Below, in pieces: positions 42,964-51,829 of a stretch of DNA of 64,000 nucleotides. The notes under the pieces are model-generated. The model did no database searches and was not told where the DNA came from. It worked only from the letters and a program-made list of their open reading frames with translations. Where the stretch lies: the NCBI GenBank assembly GCA_000002445.1, contig CP000069.1:672001-736000 (forward strand). Direction: 5' to 3'. The DNA is from Trypanosoma brucei (lineage: Eukaryota). Every line of letters starts with the position of its first letter. Position 1 is the first letter of the stretch. The position numbers were made by a program, and so were the translations under genes.

Positions 42964-45738
42964 ATGCTGTGCAGCGGCCGCATTATTCTCAAGAAGAAAT
43001 GGATTCCTCCACTTGGTTACCGGCCGAAGGATTTCGAGAGAAAATTGCGTTCTCCGCGTTCGTCGAAACCGTGGCGCGACCGCCGCGCGGCATCGGGTGG
43101 GCAGATTGAGGTTTCACCGAGTACCGCGGCGACGAACATTCCGCGCGGTGACCTTGTCTTTAGGCCCCCGCTCGGTATTCGTGATGTGCGACCGGGCTCT
43201 CCTTCGGCGCTTCTTCCAACCTTTGGATTTTCAGAAGAGCATCTTGCTGCGCATGCTCTTCCCGCTGCGGGGTCGCAGGTGGAAGGCGGGGATGTGTTAG
43301 CTGTAGCGGACCCACGGTCAGCATCACATCTGACGCTACCATTTGGGAGGGCACTAAACGTTAATGTTGAAGAAATCAAGACATATGAGGAGGGACCTGT
43401 GCCCATACACCTTCAGCAATTCCGGCGTAGTAGGCGGGAAGCAGCCGATTCCATCATTCTACCTCGCCATATTAACCGACTGTTCCATAAAATAATGGGT
43501 TGGTCGGAAGACCTCGTGAAAGTGGAAATGGATGAAGCCCCAACCCCAAACACAGGTGGAGTGCCCTCTGACACCGCGGCAGTGCGTGCGAAGGAAGCAC
43601 AGGAGTCTGAAGTTCCGTTGCTGAGGATGAAATACGATAACGTTGTGGACAAGATGAAGTATGGTGTTCTTCTTGACAATTATGAGAAGGACAAGTTTGC
43701 GATCGAACACCAACTTGAGATTGCTGGCGAGAAGTTCGAGCGGAAGTTCCTTGACTGGGAGGGTATGCATGTTCTCGATCAGGACCCCAGTGCGGCAGTG
43801 CGCGAGGTGCTTGAGAACAAGGCATCAATAGTAATGGAACAACCATCCTCGTTTGCCATACCTGTAGTGAATCGTGACTGCTGCCGCGGGTGTGGTGCGC
43901 TTCTGCAGGACCAAGATGAGAACTCTTTCGGGTATGTGCGGAAAGGTGATGTGGAGCGGTACATCATTGAGAAACAACAGAAAATGAGGGCGCGTGCTGA
44001 GTACGCGGATCGAATGTCTGAGCTGCAGGCGCACTGGCGGAAACATGGTCGGCGTGTGGGCGAGGAGTGGCTGGATTTTATGACCCAGGAGGAATTTGAT
44101 GCCTTTTACCGAGATAGGAACGCGCCGTTTGTATGCCACCGCTGCCACGCGCTAGAGAACCTCGGGGTGGAGGGGCGGCGTCGCATATGGTCAGCACCGG
44201 ACTTCACTGACAAGTTGCGTGCCCTTCGTGAGAAGAAATGTGTAGTGGTTCTTGTTGTTGACGTAACAGATTTTCCTGGGACTATGGTGTATGACCTCCC
44301 GGGCCTCATATCGATGAACAATGATGTGATAATTGCTGTGAATAAGATGGATTGTGTTAGGAATCGCTCCTTCAACTACCGAGGCAAGGATCGTGCGGTC
44401 GCTGCTTGCCTTGTGACCGAGCGGTACGTGAGACGGTGGGTGACTGGGATCGCCGTTCAGTTTGGACTACCACGTCACCAGATAAAGGACGTGATTCCTT
44501 TGTCTGCGAAGCGTGGTTGGAATGTAGAGGCTCTAATAGCGGCTGTGGAGGAGGCCTCCAACCTCAACCTTCGGCGACCAACAAAACCCATACCGACGTA
44601 TTTCGTTGGTGTTGCGAATGTTGGGAAGTCCTCCGTTATTAACGCCATTGCCCACAAACTGTATGTGCCTCTGCCACCCCACCCGGAGAGTCGGAAGGTA
44701 TACTACACGAAGAAGGCACCGGATGGAAGTGAGTCTGTTTTCTGGCGGTGGTACACACCTCCTAATGTGAACCAGGCGGAAATGATTGACATTCCATCTC
44801 GGCACGACAAGAAAGCCTCGAAGCTGGTAACTACCTCCTCCTTGCCTGGTACCACGGTTGACGCTGTTGCAGTGCGCGTTTCGCTGAGTAAAGGCGCGGA
44901 GAAGGGCCGTGCACATCTGTTCGACACACCCGGCCTCCTTCCGCATTGGCACCGTCACTCACCCCTGACGCTACTACAGATGCGACGCACCCTCATTCGC
45001 AAGTTCCGCAATCCTCAGTGCTTTATCCTGGTGCCTGGGAACACATTGTTTCTCGGAGGCCTCTGTGCCGTGGACGTAGTGAAAGGAACGTCGCGCGGGA
45101 TGCTTTTCATGGTTTACACGTCGCAGAAGGTACGTAACGCCATCATTAACACAGACCGGTCGGATGAGTTTTGGAGGGAACAACTTGGTCGTGCGCTTGA
45201 CCCACCCGGATCTGTGGAACAAGTTGGTGATCTTCGGCTCACGGAGTCGAGGAGCTATTTGTTTGAATGCTACCAGCGTAACCGAAAGCGGCCAAAGGCG
45301 GATATCTATTTCTGCGGACTTGGCTGGGTTGCGTTCTGTGTGAATGAGCCCGCAGATGTGGTACTGCGTGTGCGGACCTTACCGGGAGTAGTGCATGGTG
45401 TGCGCGAACCGTTGCGGTACAAGGACCTACTGGCATTTAAAGGGTGGCCGAAACTGCGGCGTCGTTTCACTTCTGCCGGTGTTCCTAATGACGAGGAGGA
45501 TGATGACAACTCCATTGCCACCGTTGTACGACTGACTGCTGGAGGTGGTGCTTGTGGGTTATCCGCTGCACCTGTGTGCGGCTCACCGGAAGAAGATGTT
45601 GATGGTCCTGCAGTACGGGTTGTTCGCAAGTCGGTCTTGCCGAAACCCATTCCGGCGTCGTCCACTCCTTTCGACGGCGTTGTTGAGGAACTGAGCCTAT
45701 CGGGACAAGCGGGAGGCGGTACGGGTGCGGGGATGTGA
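42964..45738 (+). CDS. Circularly permuted GTPase of the YqeH/NOA1 family, with an N-terminal CxxC...CxxC zinc ribbon and a long R/S/P-rich N-terminal extension; copy 1
   Basis: G4 (NKMD, in IIAVNKMDC) precedes G1 (GVANVGKSSVINAI). A DTPG motif follows. The zinc ribbon reads CCRGCGALL...FVCHRCHAL. The start is set at the first ATG after a polypyrimidine/AG tract (about 42790..42900). The track start is TTG. Confidence 0.7.
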   Translation: MLCSGRIILKKKWIPPLGYRPKDFERKLRSPRSSKPWRDRRAASGGQIEVSPSTAATNIPRGDLVFRPPLGIRDVRPGSPSALLPTFGFSEEHLAAHALPAAGSQVEGGDVLAVADPRSASHLTLPFGRALNVNVEEIKTYEEGPVPIHLQQFRRSRREAADSIILPRHINRLFHKIMGWSEDLVKVEMDEAPTPNTGGVPSDTAAVRAKEAQESEVPLLRMKYDNVVDKMKYGVLLDNYEKDKFAIEHQLEIAGEKFERKFLDWEGMHVLDQDPSAAVREVLENKASIVMEQPSSFAIPVVNRDCCRGCGALLQDQDENSFGYVRKGDVERYIIEKQQKMRARAEYADRMSELQAHWRKHGRRVGEEWLDFMTQEEFDAFYRDRNAPFVCHRCHALENLGVEGRRRIWSAPDFTDKLRALREKKCVVVLVVDVTDFPGTMVYDLPGLISMNNDVIIAVNKMDCVRNRSFNYRGKDRAVAACLVTERYVRRWVTGIAVQFGLPRHQIKDVIPLSAKRGWNVEALIAAVEEASNLNLRRPTKPIPTYFVGVANVGKSSVINAIAHKLYVPLPPHPESRKVYYTKKAPDGSESVFWRWYTPPNVNQAEMIDIPSRHDKKASKLVTTSSLPGTTVDAVAVRVSLSKGAEKGRAHLFDTPGLLPHWHRHSPLTLLQMRRTLIRKFRNPQCFILVPGNTLFLGGLCAVDVVKGTSRGMLFMVYTSQKVRNAIINTDRSDEFWREQLGRALDPPGSVEQVGDLRLTESRSYLFECYQRNRKRPKADIYFCGLGWVAFCVNEPADVVLRVRTLPGVVHGVREPLRYKDLLAFKGWPKLRRRFTSAGVPNDEEDDDNSIATVVRLTAGGGACGLSAAPVCGSPEEDVDGPAVRVVRKSVLPKPIPASSTPFDGVVEELSLSGQAGGGTGAGM

Positions 45739-46415
45739 GTCTGGCGTGCTACCGTTTGTGCGGAGAACCGACCGACCTTTGTGGGTATAACACAATGCAC
45801 TGATGTTTGATTCATCCTTTTTCATGTTGTCCCAACCGACTTACTTGTTCCGCTCCGTTCCGTTCTGTTGCGTTGTGCTGCTGATACTGCAATTTCTTTC
45901 TCGTCGCTTTTGTTGTCAATTTTCTTTATCGTGCTGCGGTGATCTGCAATGGAGGGGTATGCCGTCGCTGGGGATAGACGTTTGCATTTACATGGATAGT
46001 GTTTTCATAGCTGTTCTACCCCTGTTTCTGGAGACGCGGCATTGCTGTTGGCGTTACTTTATATGATTAGTTTTGGTTGTGTTCTGGGGGTGGATGTGCG
46101 ATGGACGGGTGTGCTGTCTGTCACCGAAGGCCGATGCGTTTTGGTACGCCGTGACTGATGTTACTGTTATTTTTTTAAAGGTTGCGTTGAGTTTCTATCG
46201 CCTTGATGTGTGTTGTTAGTGTCTTTTATTTTTGTTGTGTCACTCTTATTTTGCTGATTACTGCTTTATAGTGTAGCAGTTGTCATTCTCGATATCCTTT
46301 CTCCTTGATCTACTTCATTACGTGTAATATTACCCTGGTGGGATAACTCTGCCCAAGGCCGATAGTTATAACGCTAACAAGAATCATCTACTTTCAGTCA
46401 TCTAAAGGTTTGCAA

Positions 46416-47453
46416 ATGTCATCCGCTCCTCTGAGGGTATACGTTCAGTGTAATCCATTACTTGACGTCTCGGCTCACGTGTCCGACGAATTTTTGGTCA
46501 AGTATGGTTTGGAGCGCGGTACGGCCATCTTGTTGTCTGAGCGCCAGAAAGGAATATTCGACGATATCGAGAAAATGCCCAATGTGCGGTATGTCCCTGG
46601 TGGATCTGGCTTGAACGTGGCGCGCGTTGCGCAGTGGATGCAGCAAGCGTATAAGGGGAAGTTTGTTACATATGTTGGCTGCATTGCAGATGATCGGTAC
46701 GGCAAGGTTCTGAAGGAAGCTGCCGAGCATGAAGGAATTGTGATGGCTGTTGAGCATACGACGAAAGCAGGGAGTGGTGCGTGTGCAGTTTGTATCACCG
46801 GCAAGGAACGCACTCTTGTTGCTGATCTTGGTGCAGCAAATCACCTCTCCAGTGAGCATATGCGCTCCCCTGCTGTCGTGAGGGCGATGGATGAATCCAG
46901 AATTTTCTATTTCTCCGGTTTCACGTTGACAGTTGACGTTAATCACGTTCTTCAGGCGTGCAGAAAGGCTCGTGAGGTGGATGGACTTTTTATGATCAAC
47001 TTATCGGCCCCTTTTATTATGCAATTCTTTTCCGCGCAACTTGGGGAGGTTCTGCCCTATACTGATATAATTGTGGCCAACCGACATGAGGCAAAGGAGT
47101 TTGCCAACATGATGAAGTGGGATACGGACTGTGTCGAGGAGATTGCAAGGCGAGCAGTATCTGAGGTTCCTTACACAGGCACAAAAGGTCGTGTTGTTGT
47201 GTTCACTCGTGATATTGAACCTACTGTAATTGCAACTAAGGATGGTGTGGAGACGGTTCCTGTACCTCAGTTAGATCAGGACAAAGTAATTGACATGAAT
47301 GGTGCTGGGGATGCATTTGTGGGTGGATTTTTGAGTGCTTATGCCGTTGGTAAGGATTTGCGGCGCTGTTGCGAAACTGGCCACTACACAGCACAAGAGG
47401 TTATCCAGCAAGACGGTTGCTCGTTCCCCGAGAAGCCCAGTTTCTCTCCTTGA
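46416..47453 (+). CDS. ADK: Adenosine kinase (PfkB/ribokinase family); copy 1
   Basis: Starts at the first ATG, 46416, and reads MSSAPLRVYVQCNPLLDVSAHV...; the N-terminal substrate lid has VPGGSGLNVARVAQWM. The C-terminal anion hole reads DMNGAGDAFVGGF. 345 aa from the first ATG. Confidence 0.9.
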   Translation: MSSAPLRVYVQCNPLLDVSAHVSDEFLVKYGLERGTAILLSERQKGIFDDIEKMPNVRYVPGGSGLNVARVAQWMQQAYKGKFVTYVGCIADDRYGKVLKEAAEHEGIVMAVEHTTKAGSGACAVCITGKERTLVADLGAANHLSSEHMRSPAVVRAMDESRIFYFSGFTLTVDVNHVLQACRKAREVDGLFMINLSAPFIMQFFSAQLGEVLPYTDIIVANRHEAKEFANMMKWDTDCVEEIARRAVSEVPYTGTKGRVVVFTRDIEPTVIATKDGVETVPVPQLDQDKVIDMNGAGDAFVGGFLSAYAVGKDLRRCCETGHYTAQEVIQQDGCSFPEKPSFSP

Positions 47454-48116
47454 TGTTTTTTCACGTAAACACTTTGTTTAAAAATGTTATGTAACATAAA
47501 ATATATGTTGGTTTTTATCTTTTTTCTTTTCGGTTTCTGGTAAGTAAAGTTTAATGGGAAATATGGCGTAAGCGATATCATATCACTTTGTCTGAGGGAA
47601 GAAAGAATGAGGTCATAAATGGCAGATGGTAACAGTGTAATATCTTGAGTTGCTATCTATATTACCTTGTTTGTTTAAAAAAGGAGTTTGAAAGTGATGA
47701 TGCTGGTTGATTCACATCGTGTTTTTTTCACACTTTCTTTATTTCCTTTATCCTTCTTTTTTTTTCATAAAAGATGATTACATCCTATATTATGAGGGTT
47801 CAATATTATTGTTTCTACTTGTTGAGTTGTTTACGCTTGTATATCTACTCGTTTATTCCCAGGTGTGTACGCAGGCGGTGAGGAGGGTTGTAAGAAAACG
47901 GTAACGTAACAATTCTAACGGTTCCACATTTTTGCCTTTTTTTTTAAAGAATATATTAGGTCATGATGTTGTGCAGTTTTTGTTGAAGAGGGACATTTAC
48001 TTTATCTTCGATTACTCTTTTGAAGCACTAACGATGTAATGACCTGCCTCGCATAACACTACACTGAGCAAACTTGCTCACGTGAAGAATAAACGAATTC
48101 TGTATTTTGATTGTGT

Positions 48117-48510
48117 CTGTGCCGTGGACGTAGTGAAAGGAACGTCGCGCGGGATGCTTTTCATGGTTTACACGTCGCAGAAGGTACGTAACGCCATCAT
48201 TAACACAGACCGGTCGGATGAGTTTTGGAGGGAACAACTTGGTCGTGCGCTTGACCCACCCGGATCTGTGGAACAAGTTGGTGATCTTCGGCTCACGGAG
48301 TCGAGGAGCTATTTGTTTGAATGCTACCAGCGTAACCGAAAGCGGCCAAAGGCGGATATCTATTTCTGCGGACTTGGCTGGGTTGCGTTCTGTGTGAATG
48401 AGCCCGCAGATGTGGTACTGCGTGTGCGGACCTTACCGGGAGTAGTGCATGGTGTGCGCGAACCGTTGCGGTACAAGGACCTACTGGCATTTAAAGGGTG
48501 GCCGAAACTG
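48117..48510 (+). pseudogene. Isolated 394 bp relic of the GTPase gene 3' region, fused directly to the start of duplication unit 2
   Basis: 48117..48510 matches 45064..45458. The translation is identical to GTPase residues about 706..836. It is preceded by unique AT-rich sequence (47456..48116). It abuts the point homologous to 39646 after ...ggccgaaactg|catttatattg. The track ORF at 48082..48582 is a chimera across this junction. Confidence 0.75.
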
Positions 48511-48909
48511 CATTTATATTGTATGCATGGAAAGATGCACTTAATGTGGTTCGGTTTGTGTATTTCTAATTTGCTGCTGTAGTTGCTGACGTTTGTGGGC
48601 ACTCGATAGTATTCTGTGTTTCGTATGAGGACCCCTACGTCTCTTCTTCCTTTCTTTGGCTCACGTTATCTGTAGGTTGTGCTGTACGCTCTGCCTTGAC
48701 TGCTACTCGTATTGTTAGTCGGTTGTCGTTTTCACCCGTTACACTGCTGCCCTATATATATATATTGGCTTCGGTCCCACACTTTACTACATTATTTGTT
48801 AACCTACTGCTGTGATGCCCCTTCTATCATAGGAAAGGTATTATTAAGAAAAAGGCGTGGCGCGGGTGCCCCACTTCGTGGAAGAGAGTGGTTCTTAACG
48901 AATTAAGCT

Positions 48910-49476
48910 ATGCGGGCGTGGAGTAACCTGCTAGCGTCTGTGACGATGGCGCCGTTTTTTCTGCTATGTTTTGTCTGCTCTTGCGTTTGGCCCGCCGTAG
49001 CTACTGCGGGAAGCATTCCCCTTGCTGTTGTGGGCAGTGTCATCACTTCAGAGGATGCGTACCGTTTTATTGAGGTTCAAGCTGTCGACGGCGCCACAGG
49101 AGCTGTTGTGCGCTCCGTGCCACTGGATGCAACGCTTACCTTTACTTTTCACGGTCTACCCCAAACTGTAAGTGAGGTGCGGCTCTTGCCGAGGCTGCCT
49201 GAGCGGCGGTTTCGTCTCGATAGCAGTGCCTCTGTACTCACTGCGCCTTTGCGGACAAAAGATGGGGATGGGTGGCTCCACTTATCCGCGATTGTAGAGC
49301 AGCAAGATGGTTCACAAGCAGGGGATCAATTACCTGGGAGTATAAGTGCGGCAGTTATGGCAGCGATGATTATTGCCCTTGCGGTGATTGGCCGATATCG
49401 ATTGTTGTCGCTGTTTCAGTTTCCGGCTCCAAAACCGCCGAAGTTGCGTCGTGTAGCTGTGGCAGTGAATCGGTAA
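48910..49476 (+). CDS. Small hypothetical membrane protein; copy 2
   Basis: Identical to 40044..40610. Confidence 0.5.
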   Translation: MRAWSNLLASVTMAPFFLLCFVCSCVWPAVATAGSIPLAVVGSVITSEDAYRFIEVQAVDGATGAVVRSVPLDATLTFTFHGLPQTVSEVRLLPRLPERRFRLDSSASVLTAPLRTKDGDGWLHLSAIVEQQDGSQAGDQLPGSISAAVMAAMIIALAVIGRYRLLSLFQFPAPKPPKLRRVAVAVNR

Positions 49477-49883
49477 GGCGAGTTTATGGACACGTGTGTG
49501 TTCTTGACTTTTCTCACATTCGTATTGCGGTGTGCTGTTGCGAGCATTTTGCATTTTCTGGTGTTGGTGTTGGTGTTGGTGCTGGGTATAGGGGTGCTAC
49601 TGCTTGTTTATATGTATGTGTGCGTGTAACTCTCACTAGCATATGAACTCGAGTACTTTCTTCCTGCCTCTGCTGCTCGTCTGTTATCATGAAGCAGGTA
49701 CCTCCTAACTCCACTGAGTTTGTAATTGGGCGCATTTTAACCTTCCTGTTGCGTTGCCACTGTAACAGCACTGTACCCCTTTCCTTCACTTCTGTGCATA
49801 TGTGCGTGCCAACAACTTTCCGACGACCCGCTGTCTTGTAGAAAGTAGCAACAGGTGAGCCCGTCACGCCTTCTCCCCTGACG

Positions 49884-50636
49884 ATGCCCGCACGTGGCTG
49901 TGCCCCTGTTGATGAGCAGATCGCTGGGACAGACACGGAAGGACGACGCTACAGGTCAGTGGAGGAGATGTGGGGACGCGAGTTGCAGGGTAACTTGTAC
50001 GACGCGAAGACAGGGTGGTATGGTAAGTCTCTCCAGTACTGGGGCAGCGTTCCGGCTACCGTCAGCGGTGTACTGGGCGGTATGGATCATGTGCATGATA
50101 TCGACATCCGTGATTCACGCGCTTTCATATGCTGCTTGCCGGAGCGCGGCACTACACGTGCACTTGACTGCGGTGCCGGTATTGGTCGAATCACCAAGTC
50201 CCTTTTGTGCCACTTATACGATGTGACAGATCTTCTGGAACCGGTGGCAAGCATGCTGGAGAAGGCGAAAGAGGAACTTGAGGGGTTTCCAGTGGGCGAT
50301 TTCTTTCAGTCGTCGATGGAGACAGCGAAGCTTCAACCGAAGACATACGACCTCATTGTTATTCAATGGGCGGCGATCTATCTGACAGACGAGGACTTTG
50401 TTGCTTTCTTGGTACGCTGCAAGGAGGCACTGACACCGAAGGGGTACATATTCTTCAAGGAGAATTGCGCGTCTGACGACGAGTTCATTGTTGACAAGGA
50501 GGACAGTAGCCTGACGCGATCCGACAAGCACTACAAGCGTATATTTGCCGCTGCCGGTATTGAGGTTGTTAAGGAGGCTATGCAAGGCGATTGGCCTGAT
50601 GATCTGCTGAAGGTGAAGATGTACGCACTACGCTAA
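49884..50636 (+). CDS. Alpha-N-terminal protein methyltransferase; copy 2
   Basis: Identical to copy 1. Confidence 0.8.
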   Translation: MPARGCAPVDEQIAGTDTEGRRYRSVEEMWGRELQGNLYDAKTGWYGKSLQYWGSVPATVSGVLGGMDHVHDIDIRDSRAFICCLPERGTTRALDCGAGIGRITKSLLCHLYDVTDLLEPVASMLEKAKEELEGFPVGDFFQSSMETAKLQPKTYDLIVIQWAAIYLTDEDFVAFLVRCKEALTPKGYIFFKENCASDDEFIVDKEDSSLTRSDKHYKRIFAAAGIEVVKEAMQGDWPDDLLKVKMYALR

Positions 50637-51037
50637 GCAGTTGGTCCTCCCACCGGTTGTTGATGTGTTCTCACTTCTTGTTGGCGCATTGCTGTTGTCG
50701 TCACTTTGTTTTGTTGTTCTTTGCATGGTTTATTTTTTTCAATTAGAGGCCACTACCTCTGCGTTGCCATCGCTTGGCTTACCCTAACGGTGGCACTGCC
50801 AACCCTCGTACTCGTCACACGGTGGTCTTCTACCTCTGCATGAATTTTTTGTGTTATTTTTCTTAATGTCCGACTATTTATTGTTGTTACGTCCCTTAGC
50901 TACTTTTGTGTGTGTTTAGTGTTGTTACTTTTGTAGCGGGTAAATCAATTCACGGTTATCAGGTTAAATAGGGGTAGCCATAATCAGGACTCTGGTGTGT
51001 AAAGGCGTGCGTGCGTAGACAGAGAGATTACATCGAG

Positions 51038-51457
51038 ATGTCTGCACTTGCGGAGGCCGAGCGCATGGAGCGCGAAAAAGCCCTTATGGAGGGACAGCAG
51101 CGGGTGGACATGCTCCGTGAGACGGTACGTATAATGGCGAATCGGCAAGCCGTTCTCGTCGGGACGAAGCGCCGTCTGCAAATTTCCACCGGAGAGTTGC
51201 AGCGTCTCTCTTCTGACCACTGTGTGTATGAGAGTGTGGGCCGCGTGTTTCTCCGGACACCGGTGCCGGCGTTCATAGAGAAGCAGATGGAGGCTGCAGA
51301 GAGGTGCGAGGCCGAAGAGAAGCGGCTGATGAGTGAGAAGCAGAGAGTTGTGGAGCAACTGCAGAAGGATGAAGTGCAGCTCCGTGAAGCAGCACAGCAG
51401 TACATGGCTGAAATGAGTGCCCGTCGGCAGTTACAACAGCAGCAGCAGAAACAGTAA
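51038..51457 (+). CDS. Prefoldin-like protein; copy 2
   Basis: Identical to copy 1. Confidence 0.55.
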   Translation: MSALAEAERMEREKALMEGQQRVDMLRETVRIMANRQAVLVGTKRRLQISTGELQRLSSDHCVYESVGRVFLRTPVPAFIEKQMEAAERCEAEEKRLMSEKQRVVEQLQKDEVQLREAAQQYMAEMSARRQLQQQQQKQ

Positions 51458-51829
51458 CAGCTACGCTCTGCCCGCAATCGGCGTTCTAGGTATCTGCCGA
51501 TATTGTGCATTTCTGTTGTCTGAGGTGTGCGCTACAGAATGTGCTGCTTTGGAGTGCGGCACCCTATCAGCAAGGGTCCGTTCCAAGTAGTTTTGGCGTG
51601 CGTGTGTGAGTTTGACTGTGATGCATGGGACACCGTATAATTTAACGTCTCAGTCACTGGTGATTTCTAGGTCTGTTTTCATTTGTGTGTACCCTGTTTT
51701 CTGTTTCCATTCCTGTTCTGGGTACATCTTCCTCTTTTGTTTCTCAAACCCGTTATGTGAACGTGGGGAGGAAGGGAGTGTGTGGCACTCGGTCGGTTGC
51801 GTTGAAGGTGAGGTTTGCTTGGACCGGCG

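Larger units (their letters stand above)
39646..47455 (+). repeat. Segmental duplication unit, copy 1 (about 7.8 kb, five genes)
   Basis: All ORFs at 39846..47453 recur with a +8866 offset. I located the nucleotide junctions by eye at 39646 and 47455. Confidence 0.9.

Noticed and set aside
42740-43300. Upstream ORF 42740..43300 (186 aa) and ORF 42819..43109 overlapping the GTPase 5' end. Equivalent ORFs occur in unit 2.
   Set aside because: They are Cys/Arg-rich nonsense and overlap a polypyrimidine/AG splice-acceptor tract. They fit 5' UTR or intergenic sequence, with the GTPase starting at ATG 42964.
43017-45815. Numerous 60..170-aa antisense and alternative-frame ORFs inside the GTPase gene, duplicated in unit 2.
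   Set aside because: The GC-rich coding sequence yields open antisense frames. All are shorter than the sense gene and they are mutually overlapping.
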